DNA of 64,000 nt from Opitutales bacterium. Its GTDB lineage: Bacteria > Verrucomicrobiota > Verrucomicrobiia > Opitutales > UBA953. Numbering within the stretch: position 1 is the first letter of the stretch; every line of letters begins with the position of its first letter. This document shows positions 48,013 through 59,891 of this stretch, in pieces. Under the pieces are notes generated by a model. That model saw only the letters and a list, made by a program, of their open reading frames with translations, searched no databases and was not told where the DNA came from. The position numbers and the translations under genes were made by a program. The stretch covers positions 611 to 64,610 of the forward strand of contig JAILGB010000025.1 in assembly GCA_024697185.1 (NCBI GenBank). Direction: 5' to 3'.

Positions 48013-48939
48013 CTATTCCTCGTTTACGCCGTCCCAGACTTCTTCGCGTTTCCATGGCAGATTTGCCGGCAACCAATGCAGCATCAGCGATTCCTTGCCG
48101 ATTTTTGTATCAGGGCAACGGATGGCGATCAGTTTGTAAAAAAGATTGGCGCCTTCCGCATCGCGAGCTCTCAACCACGTTCCCGCCGTCAACAGTATCC
48201 GGGCAGTCCGCTCATCGTTATTCGGCAAAAGGGACGCCGCATAAAGCGCCAGACGCGACGCGCGACGCCGGACGGCGAGTTCTGAAAAATCCTCGCCGGA
48301 TCCGTCAAAAACACAATTCGCGGGCAAAAGGGTTTCCGGCGAAAACGATGTCGCAAAAAGAGCATCGCCGTTCCCGCGGACAATCAACGCCGCCTCCCAA
48401 AAAGCCTTGGCGCGTTCCCCCTCACCCAATGTCAGATCATACGCCTTTTTGTTGGCGGCGACATAATTGTCAAACTCGGGCAAAAGTTCCTCCGGGAAAT
48501 ACTCGCGCGCCCGCGAAGGAAGATTCTCCCGCATCAGACGGCGCGCCAAAACATAGCGCAGTTCCCGCGTAATTTGCTGTCCGTCATCAATCGACGGCTC
48601 CTCTCCATCTTTCGTTTGCTCGGGAACTGCAGGACATTTTTCCCGCACAAAGTTTTCCAGCTCCGTCGTCTCAATAACACATTCCGCCAAATAATAAATA
48701 AGGTCGAAATTCCCGTACGACATCGACAGTTCAAGTGCCCCGAGAAAATCTTTTTTTTCCAATTTTTGCCAAAGCGGGTCGTTTCTCTCGACAATCGCGG
48801 GATCGTCTTCCTGGAATCGGTAAAGTTCCGCTTCCTCCGCCAGATCCGAAGAAGGCTTGTTGCTCTCCGACGCACAAGAGGATAAAATCAGCGTTCCCGC
48901 GAGCAAAAACGGCGACAAGGCCAAAATCGCATTCTTCAT
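48013..48939 (-). CDS. hypothetical lipoprotein
   Basis: ATG at 48939. Signal plus lipobox MKNAILALSPFLLAGTLILSSC. No recognised domain. Confidence 0.5.
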   Translation of the reverse strand: MKNAILALSPFLLAGTLILSSCASESNKPSSDLAEEAELYRFQEDDPAIVERNDPLWQKLEKKDFLGALELSMSYGNFDLIYYLAECVIETTELENFVREKCPAVPEQTKDGEEPSIDDGQQITRELRYVLARRLMRENLPSRAREYFPEELLPEFDNYVAANKKAYDLTLGEGERAKAFWEAALIVRGNGDALFATSFSPETLLPANCVFDGSGEDFSELAVRRRASRLALYAASLLPNNDERTARILLTAGTWLRARDAEGANLFYKLIAIRCPDTKIGKESLMLHWLPANLPWKREEVWDGVNEE

Positions 48940-48952
48940 TTTCTTCAAAAAA

Positions 48953-49426
48953 TTATTTGCTGCCGCTCGAGCCGTAACCGCCGGCACCACGCTCTGTTTC
49001 AGACAAATTTTCCGACTCGACAACCGTCACATGGGGATACGGCATAATGATGATTTGGGCGCAACGCATACCTGGCGCATAGAGTTTTTCTGCCGCGACC
49101 AAAGCTTCCTTGTCCGTCAAATCGCCCGCCACATCGAGCACATCAAAAACCGCCATCACGTTCCCGCGATAACCCGAGTCGATGACACCGACACTGTTGG
49201 AGAGACGGCAAAACGACTTTTGAACCGAGCTCCTCGGGAAAATCAGCCCGACATAGCCGTCTGGGATCTCCATTTGGATCCCAAAATCAACCTTGATTTT
49301 TCGCGGATCCTTAAATTCCGCCGCCACCGCCGTCAAATCCATTCCGGCGTCCCCCGGTTTCGCATAGCGCGGCGTTACCGCATCCGGGTGAACTTTTTTG
49401 ATTTTCAATTCAATTTTTTCCTGCAT
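48953..49426 (-). CDS. dut: dUTP diphosphatase
   Basis: PGDAGMDL and GVIDSGYRG motifs. The ATG at 49426 avoids overlap with recR. Confidence 0.9.
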   Translation of the reverse strand: MQEKIELKIKKVHPDAVTPRYAKPGDAGMDLTAVAAEFKDPRKIKVDFGIQMEIPDGYVGLIFPRSSVQKSFCRLSNSVGVIDSGYRGNVMAVFDVLDVAGDLTDKEALVAAEKLYAPGMRCAQIIIMPYPHVTVVESENLSETERGAGGYGSSGSK

Positions 49427-49448
49427 AAGCCAATCATTTAAATTTTCA

Positions 49449-50045
49449 TCAAAAATTTTTTCGTGCCTCCAACGCACTTTTCAAAGTCGCCGGATCCGAA
49501 AAGCCCAAAGTGCCGCCGGCAGGCAGACCGAATCCGATTCTCGAGACCTTCACCTGCGGGAACGGCGCCGCCAGCGTCGAACGGATATAATGGCAGGTCG
49601 CCTCCGCCTCAATTTCGTTGGAAAGCGCCAAAATCACTTCCCTGACCTCGCCGCCAGCCAGACGTTCCCGCAAAGTGTCCAGGTTCAATTTTTCCGGCGT
49701 GATCCCGCGAATCGGCGAAAGCCTTCCGTGCAAAACATGATAAACGCCCCTAAAATCGCCGCCGCGTTCAAACGCCAACAAATCCGGCACCGTCTCCACA
49801 ACACAAACAACAGAATGGTTGCGCGCATCGTTGGCGCAAACTTTGCAAAGCTCGCCTTTTTCCGACATGTTGCCGCAACGCGGGCAACGGGAAATCGTCG
49901 TTCCCGCCGTCGCCAAAGCTGTCAAAAGCGGCGGGAGCGTCTCCGGAGCCTCCAAGAGAAGATGCAAGGCAATCCGCTCCGCCGAGCGGGCGCCGAGCCC
50001 GGGCAGTTTTCGCAAAAGCGCACAAAGATCTTCAAAGGAAGTCAT
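49449..50045 (-). CDS. recR: recombination protein RecR
   Basis: HhH N-terminus, zinc finger CPRCGN...CKVC, Toprim domain. Confidence 0.9.
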   Translation of the reverse strand: MTSFEDLCALLRKLPGLGARSAERIALHLLLEAPETLPPLLTALATAGTTISRCPRCGNMSEKGELCKVCANDARNHSVVCVVETVPDLLAFERGGDFRGVYHVLHGRLSPIRGITPEKLNLDTLRERLAGGEVREVILALSNEIEAEATCHYIRSTLAAPFPQVKVSRIGFGLPAGGTLGFSDPATLKSALEARKNF

Positions 50046-50069
50046 TTTCGGGAACGTTCCCGCAAAGCC

Positions 50070-50390
50070 TTAGCCCAAAAGCCCCATCTGACCGCCGAGT
50101 CCGAAACCCGCAGTCGCGCCCTGCATCAGTTCCTGATTGCGATCCTTGGAACGCTTGACCGCGTCCTTGAAGGCATCGAGAACCGTTTGCTCGACAACAG
50201 ACTTCTCCTCTTTCAAAAATTCCGGATCAATCGCCAAAGACAGCGGCTCGCCGTGTCCGTTAACACCGACCTTGACCGCTCCCCCCGCCATCGAAACCTC
50301 TATGACCTCATTGAGAAGCTGCTGGTTCGCCTCCTCAATTTTCTTCTGCATTTTTTGCGCCTGTTTCAATAATTTTCCTACGCCTGGCAT
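50070..50390 (-). CDS. ybaB: YbaB/EbfC-family nucleoid-associated protein
   Basis: 106 aa, with the motif LLKQAQKMQKKIEE. Lies immediately upstream of recR, as is usual. Confidence 0.85.
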   Translation of the reverse strand: MPGVGKLLKQAQKMQKKIEEANQQLLNEVIEVSMAGGAVKVGVNGHGEPLSLAIDPEFLKEEKSVVEQTVLDAFKDAVKRSKDRNQELMQGATAGFGLGGQMGLLG

Positions 50391-50639
50391 AACTGTGTTT
50401 TCCTGTTAAATTTTAAAGATTTTTTTGATTTTAAACTGGACTTTCATTATAAATTCCCGTTCCCGCAAGAGCAATATCATTCATTCCCGGACAAAAATCG
50501 AAAGACACGACTCGGGAACGACAAAAAAAAATGATATTTTTGGTTTTTTAAAAAAATTAAACGCCCTCGACTCAAATAAAATTGCGGCGGGAACGAAGAA
50601 TCTTTTTAATGGTAAATGTCAGGTTTTTGTAAATTTGCC

Positions 50640-53600
50640 ATGTATTTGAAACAATTGGTCATCAACGGCTTCAAAAGTTTTGCCGATCGGACGCGCATTG
50701 AACTGCGTCCCGGCATTGTTGCGATTGTCGGCCCCAACGGTTGTGGCAAATCCAACATCGTTGACGCGATTCGCTGGGTTTTGGGCGAACAAAGCGCCAA
50801 AGCCCTTCGCGGCGGGAACATGCACGATGTCATTTTTTCGGGAACGGACAAACGCAAAGCCCTCTCCTTTTGCGAAGTCGAACTCGTTTTTGCCGATTGC
50901 GAAAAAGACTTGGGAACGGCGTTTCACGAAATCTCCATTCTGCGCCGAGTCTCCCGCGACGATTCCTCGGAATATTTTCTCAACGGCAAAATCTGCCGCC
51001 TAAAAGACATTCAGCGGCTTTTTATGGATACAGGCGTCGGGCGCGTCTCCTATTCCTTCATGGTCCAGGGACAAATCGACCAGGTGCTCTCCGCCAATCC
51101 CGCCGAACGGCGCGCGCTTTTTGAAGAGGCTGCGGGCATCACGCGTTACAAGACACAACGGAAAGAAGCGCTCGGAAAACTGGCGCTCGTCGATCAAAAT
51201 CTCTCGCGGGTGACCGACGTTCTCGACGAACTCACCCGGCAAATCAACACCCTCAAACGACAGGCGGCAAAGGCGCTGCGCTACAAACGCCTCCGCCATC
51301 GCCTGACCTGCCTCGACAAGGCAAACCAGGCCTTTCTCTTCGCCGAACACCGCAACGCCGTCACAGAACTCGCCCGCGAAGCGCAAACCTTGCGGGAACG
51401 CCTCAACACCCTCCAAGACGCCCTCGCCCAACGCGAACAGACACTCGCAGAGTCCAAAGTCCGCCGCGGAGAACTCCTCGCAAAAATCGAAGAACAGCAA
51501 CAACAGATTTTCTCAACACGCTCTGCAAAAGAATCGACGGAAAACAACATCAAATACTCCGACGCGCGCATTCGGGATCTCGACGAACGCAACTTGGGAA
51601 TCGAACAGGAAATCGCCGGCATGCGTTCCCGCCAGGGCGAACTTGAAGCCCGCATCGCCGGCGGAGGCGACGAACAGGCGAAACACGCCGGAGATTTGAG
51701 TTCTGTGGAAAATCTTTTCCGCGCCCGCCAAGATGAGTTCGAAAAAGCCTCCAATGCCCTAAACGCGACAGAGTCCGCCCTCGCCAAAAACCGCGAAGCA
51801 CTGCTGTTGGCAGAAAACGAAATCACGCGTTCCCGCGCCAGTGTCTCCAAGCTCGAACTCGATTTGCGCTCCTCCGAAATCCGCCACACGGAACTCGCCA
51901 ACCGCATCGCCCAAACGCGCAACGAGCAAAACGCCCTGCGTTCCCGCCACGAAGAAGCCCAAGCCTTCGCCGAACAACATCGACAAAGCCAGGCGCAAAT
52001 CCAAAGCGAAATCGCAGCCGCTAAGGAGGAAGCCAAAAACCTTCTCATAAGATTTAGAGAAAAACAACAGGAGATCACCGCCCTCGACCGCCAGGTCGCG
52101 CGAACAGCGGCGCAACTGACAATGCTCAAACAGCTGCAGGCAAAATTTGAAGGCTTTAGCGAAAGCGCCAAAAGCATCCTCAAAGGCGAGATCCCGGAAA
52201 TCGTTCCCGCGGGAACGGCAAAAACCTTGAACGCCCTGCTCGAAATCGAAGAGAATGTTTACGCCGGAGCCATCGAACTTTTGCTCGAAAGCAACAGCGG
52301 CACAATCTGCCTTCCCGAGGGAACGCCGATCACACGACTGATCGAAACGCTCAACGGGAAAAATCTCGACGCCGTCCAAATCTCCCTGCCGGAACTCTGC
52401 AAAAACATTCCCGGACAAAACGACAAACAAAATCTGCCGGAATTTATCGTTCCCGCCAACCGTCTGGTCAAAGTCCGCGATGCAAATTTCGAAAACCAGG
52501 TCCGGACAATTTTGGACCGCTGCTATATTTGCGACGACAGCGGACAATTCCTCCAATTCTGGCGGGAACGCCCCGATTTCGATTTTGTCCTCATCGCCAC
52601 TCTCAACGGCGAACTGATCGACCGGCGGGGAACGCTAAAGACACCCTCCGGACAAAAACAGACAGGCGTCTCGTCATTCCGGCGCGAGGCGGAAATCGCC
52701 GCGCTGGCGAAACTCTCGCAGGCGGAAAATGAAAAACTGACCGAAGCCAACGAAAGCGCAATGGCGATCCAACGGCAAATGGACGAAAACGAAACGCTCG
52801 TCGAAACCCTGCGGACACGAGCCGCAAGCGTCGCCCAGGAACTTTCCGCCGTCAGCGCAGACGAACGCAACGCCGCAACGGCACTCGAAAACAATATCGC
52901 CGCTCTCGAAAAAATGACGGCGCAACTCGAAGATTTGGAGCGGGAACGGGAACGCAACACCCAAAAAATGAGCGAAGCCAAAAATCTCCTCGAATCCGGA
53001 GAATCCACAATCGGCAAACTCAAAGAGACAATCGCACAAAAAGAAAACGAAATCACAACACTTCGCGGGAACGCGGATGCCGCCCGGGAAGCCGCCAACG
53101 AAATAAAATTCGAACTCGCCAAGAAAAAACAGCAGCTCGAACTCATCGAACAGGAAGTGCAAAATATCCGTTCCCAAGTCTCCGAAATGCAACATCGCAT
53201 CGAGACCCGCGAAAACGAAAAACGCAACAACCAAAACCAACGTGACGCCTACAGCGAACAAATCGAAAAAGATAAGGCAGCCGTCCTAAAACTCCAAGAA
53301 CAGCTCGACAACGGGAACGCCGTTCTCGAAAACATCCGCAACGATTGCCGCAATGCCGACCTCGCCATCGAAACGCTCGACCAGTCCATGAGCGCCGAAC
53401 GCGAAGAGGTTCACAAAAACGAAAACACCCTTAAAGACCGCGAAATCAAACTTTCAGAAGAAACCTTGTTGTGCAAAAACATCGCCGAAAAAATCTCCGG
53501 TGACTACCAGACCGATATCACCTCCATCGATTGGAAACGGGAACTGTGGCGCGCGGACGAAAATTTTGAAAGCAAAATCAATTTCGCCGAACTCGAAGAC

Positions 53601-54419
53601 GGCGACGAGGAAAATCCGGACGGGAACATTGAGCCGCCCTCTAAAAAACATCTCAATGTCGAGCCCGGCGAAGAAGACTTGGCAGCGATGGACTCGACCG
53701 ACTGGCAGCCGCTTCGCCGAGAAATCGAGGATTTGCGGGAACGCCTCCGCGCATTTGGAGCCATCAACCACGCCGCCATCGACGAATATCTCGAAGTGCG
53801 GGAACGCTTTAATTTCACAAAAAAACAATCCGACGACCTTTGGACCGCCAAAAACGAACTTACGGCTGCCATCGACGAAATTAACACGACCTCCCAAAAA
53901 CTTTTCACCGAAACCTTCGAACAGATCCGCAAAAATTTTGCCTTCACATTCGAACGGCTTTTCCACGGCGGCGAAAGCGATCTCACCCTCGTGCAATCCG
54001 ACGATGTTCTCGAATCCGGCATCGAAATCGTCGCCCGCCCGCCAGGAACAAAATTGCGCAGCATCTCTCTGCTCTCCGGCGGGCAGCGCACGATGACAGC
54101 CGTCGCCCTGCTTTTCGCCATCTACATGGTCAAGCCCTCGCCGTTTTGCGTGCTCGACGAACTCGACGCTCCGCTCGACGACGCCAATGTCGGACGCTTT
54201 ACCGACATCGTCAAAGAATTTACAAAATACTCCCAGTTCCTCGTCGTCACCCACAACAAAAAGACCGTCTCCGCAGCCAACATGATCTACGGCGTCACGA
54301 TGCAGGAACGCGGTGTCACCCAAGTCCTCTCGATGAGATTCAATCACGACAACGGCAAAACCGAAAACGCCACAAGCCCGGAGCTCGGCAAAGGCGGCTC
54401 CTTCAATATGGCGCGCTAA
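50640..54419 (+). CDS. smc: chromosome segregation protein SMC
   Basis: [27 protein letters not shown], long coiled coils, hinge, [16 protein letters not shown] and [11 protein letters not shown]. Confidence 0.95.
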   Translation: MYLKQLVINGFKSFADRTRIELRPGIVAIVGPNGCGKSNIVDAIRWVLGEQSAKALRGGNMHDVIFSGTDKRKALSFCEVELVFADCEKDLGTAFHEISILRRVSRDDSSEYFLNGKICRLKDIQRLFMDTGVGRVSYSFMVQGQIDQVLSANPAERRALFEEAAGITRYKTQRKEALGKLALVDQNLSRVTDVLDELTRQINTLKRQAAKALRYKRLRHRLTCLDKANQAFLFAEHRNAVTELAREAQTLRERLNTLQDALAQREQTLAESKVRRGELLAKIEEQQQQIFSTRSAKESTENNIKYSDARIRDLDERNLGIEQEIAGMRSRQGELEARIAGGGDEQAKHAGDLSSVENLFRARQDEFEKASNALNATESALAKNREALLLAENEITRSRASVSKLELDLRSSEIRHTELANRIAQTRNEQNALRSRHEEAQAFAEQHRQSQAQIQSEIAAAKEEAKNLLIRFREKQQEITALDRQVARTAAQLTMLKQLQAKFEGFSESAKSILKGEIPEIVPAGTAKTLNALLEIEENVYAGAIELLLESNSGTICLPEGTPITRLIETLNGKNLDAVQISLPELCKNIPGQNDKQNLPEFIVPANRLVKVRDANFENQVRTILDRCYICDDSGQFLQFWRERPDFDFVLIATLNGELIDRRGTLKTPSGQKQTGVSSFRREAEIAALAKLSQAENEKLTEANESAMAIQRQMDENETLVETLRTRAASVAQELSAVSADERNAATALENNIAALEKMTAQLEDLERERERNTQKMSEAKNLLESGESTIGKLKETIAQKENEITTLRGNADAAREAANEIKFELAKKKQQLELIEQEVQNIRSQVSEMQHRIETRENEKRNNQNQRDAYSEQIEKDKAAVLKLQEQLDNGNAVLENIRNDCRNADLAIETLDQSMSAEREEVHKNENTLKDREIKLSEETLLCKNIAEKISGDYQTDITSIDWKRELWRADENFESKINFAELEDGDEENPDGNIEPPSKKHLNVEPGEEDLAAMDSTDWQPLRREIEDLRERLRAFGAINHAAIDEYLEVRERFNFTKKQSDDLWTAKNELTAAIDEINTTSQKLFTETFEQIRKNFAFTFERLFHGGESDLTLVQSDDVLESGIEIVARPPGTKLRSISLLSGGQRTMTAVALLFAIYMVKPSPFCVLDELDAPLDDANVGRFTDIVKEFTKYSQFLVVTHNKKTVSAANMIYGVTMQERGVTQVLSMRFNHDNGKTENATSPELGKGGSFNMAR

Positions 54420-54438
54420 AAACGCCGTTCCCGCGGAC

Positions 54439-55443
54439 TCAACGATAATGGAAGGAAATCACCGTCTCCTCCTCTTCACCGAGAAGCTCGATCATTTCCT
54501 GCGACCATTCCTCAAACGGCGCGCGGGACTCGATAGCGTCCCGACAAGCGTAAGCGGCAACTTCGCCTGCCGTCGATTCGAGAATTGACGAACTCGAAAT
54601 CACACCGTCGCTCCGCAAACAAAAACGCACGACAACATGCCCGCGCGCTCCCGTGATCTTGTTTTCACAAAGTTTATACCAGGAGGCTTCGATGGCTTCG
54701 AGCATTCGCTGCGTATATTCGCCGTATTCGCTGTAACGCGCGTCGATAGCGATCGTCCCGATCTCGTTTGTCCGCGTGTTGGATTTCATCAACAGCGATT
54801 TCAGTCCCGGAGCGGGAAGAACTTTCGGTTGGGTCGTCGGCGCGGGAACGCCCTCAATCAGTTGGGGCGCCTTTTTGGGACTTTCTCCGATTTTTACCGT
54901 TCCCGTATCGCTCACAAGTGCCTTAATGCCTTCGGCAATTTTGGCTTCATCCGCCTCTTCTGAAATTTCTTGCGCGGGATTCACACCGGCAGCATAGACA
55001 GAACGCCAGATCTCCGCTTGCGGCGGCAAAAATTCCCGCGGCAACAGCCGGTCGTTGACGGTCAAAGACTCCTCTTTTTCTCCGTCAAGTTCCGGACTGC
55101 GCCTCCAAGAATTGATATCCGGATTTTCCTGTGCGGCGCGCTGATCGGCAGAAGAGACTCTCAAAGTCTCTTCCGGAGGTTTTTTTGATTTCGCCTCAGA
55201 ATTGACGGGAACGAATTTCGGTTTTTTGAAAACCTCCGGCAACAGTTCCTCCGGCAAATCGACAGCCTTGATCAAATCAAGATTTGTCCGCTTTACAGGC
55301 GTCAGCGTCACCAAGACATCAATCGTCTTGGGCGCAATCAGCCATATCAAAAAATGAACGACAACTGCAGCCAGCGCAGCCCAAAGCAAACGTTTGCGGT
55401 TCCCGCGACGATAAGAGAGACTGAAAAGAGTCCGGTAAAACAT
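54439..55443 (-). CDS. TonB-like energy-transducer family protein
   Basis: N-terminal TM (LLWAALAAVVVHFLIWLIA), extended linker, and a C-terminal TonB_C-like region GHVVVRFCLRSDGVISSSSILESTAGE. Confidence 0.45.
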   Translation of the reverse strand: MFYRTLFSLSYRRGNRKRLLWAALAAVVVHFLIWLIAPKTIDVLVTLTPVKRTNLDLIKAVDLPEELLPEVFKKPKFVPVNSEAKSKKPPEETLRVSSADQRAAQENPDINSWRRSPELDGEKEESLTVNDRLLPREFLPPQAEIWRSVYAAGVNPAQEISEEADEAKIAEGIKALVSDTGTVKIGESPKKAPQLIEGVPAPTTQPKVLPAPGLKSLLMKSNTRTNEIGTIAIDARYSEYGEYTQRMLEAIEASWYKLCENKITGARGHVVVRFCLRSDGVISSSSILESTAGEVAAYACRDAIESRAPFEEWSQEMIELLGEEEETVISFHYR

Positions 55444-55466
55444 CCCGCGCCGCCCCCTTCAAAATC

Positions 55467-57236
<1,770 letters not shown>

Positions 57237-57397
57237 TTAAAAACGACGTTCCCGCGAAATCCAAAATCCAGAAACCCACGGAAGCGCGGAAACGGGAACA
57301 AACATTAAACACAAAGTCACAGAGCCGCGCGTTCCCGCCGTCCTAACGGGAACGCGGGAACGATTTTTATTTGACGTGGCGGGAACGGGAAAAGTGC

Positions 57398-57426
57398 TTG
57401 ACTTGGGTGGTGTTTGTGAGGATACT
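57398..57426 (+). promoter_or_regulatory. sigma-70-type promoter candidate
   Basis: TTGACT (57398-57403), 17-nt spacer, GATACT (57421-57426). Points into the RHS-junction stub region. Confidence 0.35.
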
Positions 57427-57491
57427 GAATGAGGTTTCCGGCAACCCCGCCGGAATAGCGATTTGTTAAAAACAATAGAAACAGGTGATTT

Positions 57492-57623
57492 ATGTCTGAT
57501 CAAGATCCGTCGTTGGAGCAATTGACTCCGTTCCCGGGAACATGGGTTCCGACGGGGAATGTTCCCGCGGATTCACTCCAGTGGTCATTATTCCTGAATA
57601 GCTTGTTTTATAATCTGTACTAA
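57492..57623 (+). pseudogene. decayed RHS-core junction stub (43 codons)
   Basis: ...LTPFPGTWVPTGNVPADSLQWSLFLNSLFYNLY* is homologous to FTPAGTPSRTTIPANPLQWSSEIYDSELALVYYNY of the orphan at 58975 onwards. DNA repeat 57562-57586 vs 59008-59032. Confidence 0.5.
57562..57586 (+). repeat. RHS junction repeat, copy 1
   Basis: TTCCCGCGGATTCACTCCAGTGGTC vs TTCCCGCGAATCCGCTCCAGTGGTC at 59008-59032 (3 mismatches). Confidence 0.75.
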
Positions 57624-57685
57624 AATCCTAAAAAATATAATGTATTAGTTTTAAGAATCCTTTCCCGTCACTTTTGGATTAGAAT

Positions 57686-58297
57686 ATGAGAGCTGTTGAT
57701 ACGGAATCGACCCTGTTTTGCTTGATTGTAAACATTGGATTTGTAGTTTTTGCAGGGATCTATGCAAATCCGACCTCTGTCGTACCTTACATTTATCAAG
57801 CATTTCTTTTATTTCTTTCAAATTGGCTTTGGATGCACTCGACAGCTGTACTTGGAGCTTTTTTTTGGATAAAAAGTAAGCTAAGGCGGAAGGATTATGA
57901 TGACGATCTTTCATGGAAATGGAGTGTGAGACTTGCTGTGTTTTCCGTTTTTTTCCCACCACTTCTCTTAGGAGGAATTTTTTGGTATTTAGGGGGCGAA
58001 GTGGTACATGATTGTATTCTTTCATCGATAGTTGTTGCAATGCTTCAGGTGCTTCTGGCATTGATTGGTTTTCTTCGTCCTCTTGCCACATGTACCCTGC
58101 AGGAAGAGCCATTATTCAATCCTCCACTTTTTAAGCGAGAAGATGGAGAGAAAATCAGCTCGTGGGAATTTCTTCTTCCGCGACCAATCATTAATGCTTT
58201 AAGAAATGCAAAGAGAACCCTAAAAAAAAGCAAATTGGGAGCTGGTATAGTTTCAGTTGTTGAAACATATTTCCGTTTGTTTGGGAGTCCGCTTTAG
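57686..58297 (+). CDS. hypothetical multi-pass membrane protein (possible immunity protein)
   Basis: 4-5 hydrophobic helices. AT-rich and free of the genome word. Same strand as the RHS cassettes. Competes with the antisense ORF 57651-58112. Confidence 0.4.
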   Translation: MRAVDTESTLFCLIVNIGFVVFAGIYANPTSVVPYIYQAFLLFLSNWLWMHSTAVLGAFFWIKSKLRRKDYDDDLSWKWSVRLAVFSVFFPPLLLGGIFWYLGGEVVHDCILSSIVVAMLQVLLALIGFLRPLATCTLQEEPLFNPPLFKREDGEKISSWEFLLPRPIINALRNAKRTLKKSKLGAGIVSVVETYFRLFGSPL

Positions 58298-58432
58298 GTA
58301 CAAAAAATGAGAAAATCTTATGCTTTCGACAACAGAACTTGGCAGCTAGCAATCAGGGAGCCGAATCACAAAAAGCCAAGACAATAACAAAACTTATTGA
58401 GCAAGCTAAACGCCTTGGAGAAAACTATTGAA

Positions 58433-58924
58433 ATGAAAAAAGCAGACTATATTGAGTTAAAAAAAGAGATTTCTTTGCAGATGAAAGAGAAAAACTATGT
58501 TATTGCACAGCGTATGATTTTAAAAGCACTGGAAGAATTTCCATATGACACTGATTTGCTTTTGAAAAAATACGTTTGCGCTTGGTTTGTTCCTTCAGAT
58601 GCTTTTGTTGAAGATGTTGCCAAATCAACATTAGAGGTTGCGGCAGAACTGAGTCCAAACTCCGTTGCTAATCAAATTGAATTAGGAAATCACTATTATG
58701 CCGTGTTAGAGGATTTCGAACGTGCAAAAGTATGTTTCCGAAAAGCTGTAGATATTGCGCTACAACAAATCCGAGAGTCTTATCTCGGATTGATGAAAAT
58801 TTCCATTGATGAATATAGCAAAGAGGAATACCAGAAAGTTAAAGAAGAAATTAGCCTTTTATCGGAAGATGTTCGGAACTACTGCAACATAAATGCAGAG
58901 ATTGAAGTATTGGAAGAAGATTAA
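58433..58924 (+). CDS. hypothetical helical (TPR-like) protein, possible immunity protein
   Basis: GGAG lies 9-10 nt before the ATG at 58433. All-helical composition with a TPR-like segment (NQIELGNHYYAVLEDFERAKVCFRKAVDIA). Confidence 0.4.
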   Translation: MKKADYIELKKEISLQMKEKNYVIAQRMILKALEEFPYDTDLLLKKYVCAWFVPSDAFVEDVAKSTLEVAAELSPNSVANQIELGNHYYAVLEDFERAKVCFRKAVDIALQQIRESYLGLMKISIDEYSKEEYQKVKEEISLLSEDVRNYCNINAEIEVLEED

Positions 58925-59687
58925 AACACAAAGTTGTATGTATAAAAAATCCCAAAAGACGTGCGATATAGTCTTTACGCCGGCGGGAACGCCGTCCAGA
59001 ACAACCATTCCCGCGAATCCGCTCCAGTGGTCGTCCGAAATCTACGATTCCGAGCTCGCCCTTGTCTATTACAACTACCGCCATTATTCCCCAATCCTTG
59101 GTCGCTGGCTCTCCCGCGACCCAATCGAAGAACAAGGCGGGCTGAATTTGTATTGCTTTTTAAAAAATGATTTCTTTAAAACAGATTATTTAGGTTTAAA
59201 ATACATTGAACGACTATGTCGAGAACTAATTCAAAAAATTGAGAGTTTTTCAAATTCTTTAAAAAAAGAAATAGATAAATACGATCCAATAAAAGACGGA
59301 AAAGGTGGGTTTATCCATGCACATGGAATAACAAAACCGGGTGGTCATTATAAGGAAATAAAAGACTTCCAAAATGGACTAAAAAATAAACTTAAAAAAT
59401 GGAAAGATGTTTGTAAAGACGATGGTGATCCGCCTTGTTCGCCTTTCCCTTATCCTAGATTTGCAGATCAACTTGCAAATAAATATATTATAGAACCCCA
59501 ATATTCAATAGAATCAAATGATGATACAATATGGATTGCGATTTTATCAGGAGTGACGGTATCAATTGTTGCTGTTGTAATTGCAGGAAATGCAGGTCCA
59601 CAAGCATTGGCTCCAGAAGAAATTATAACGATTCCTGTTGCTGCAATTGTCGGAGGAATTATAGGCGCAATTAAATTTATCGACTAA
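58893..59687 (+). CDS. orphan RHS C-terminal cassette: end of RHS core plus an uncharacterised toxin domain
   Basis: YDSELALVYYNYRHYSPILGRWLSRDPIEEQGGLNLYCFLKNDFFKTDYLGL matches the RHS-repeat-associated core end (YD..tGLyYyr.RYYdP..GRflS.DPig..GG.NLY.yv.NnP....DP.GL). A ~165-aa unique tail follows and ends in two Gly/Ala-rich TM helices. The true start is uncertain (homology begins about 58975). Confidence 0.7.
   Translation: MQRLKYWKKIKTQSCMYKKSQKTCDIVFTPAGTPSRTTIPANPLQWSSEIYDSELALVYYNYRHYSPILGRWLSRDPIEEQGGLNLYCFLKNDFFKTDYLGLKYIERLCRELIQKIESFSNSLKKEIDKYDPIKDGKGGFIHAHGITKPGGHYKEIKDFQNGLKNKLKKWKDVCKDDGDPPCSPFPYPRFADQLANKYIIEPQYSIESNDDTIWIAILSGVTVSIVAVVIAGNAGPQALAPEEIITIPVAAIVGGIIGAIKFID
59008..59032 (+). 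repeat. RHS junction repeat, copy 2
   Basis: See 57562-57586. Confidence 0.75.
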
Positions 59688-59891
59688 GTAAAATTTCTAC
59701 TTTATGGAAAATAATTATAAGCATAGAGCAATTTTAATTTTTGTTAAAAAACTTATTTTTAGGTTTTTCCCGACTAAAGATTTAATAAAAAAAATTGATA
59801 GGAATTCAGAGAGTTTATAGTATTTTTTCTATTCTCATTTTTTTTCGGGAAGATTTATTCGGAAAACTATTCCGTTATTTTATCAGAACCT

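Noticed and set aside
57390-57480. A possible TPP riboswitch on the + strand (GGGTGGTG...TGAGG...TTCCGGCAACCCCGCCGGAATAGCG).
   Set aside because: The resemblance to the THI-box is only superficial. There is no CUGAGA, no UAAU-type P3 loop and no terminal AGGGA, and the strand is wrong for thiC. I read the region instead as a promoter (TTGACT-N17-GATACT) plus a small hairpin.
57651-58112. A 153-aa minus-strand ORF overlapping the 203-aa + strand membrane-protein ORF.
   Set aside because: It is a hydrophilic K/Q/E-rich mirror of a hydrophobic ORF, oriented opposite to the surrounding RHS cassettes. The + strand ORF has coherent TM helices. Neither reading is strongly supported.
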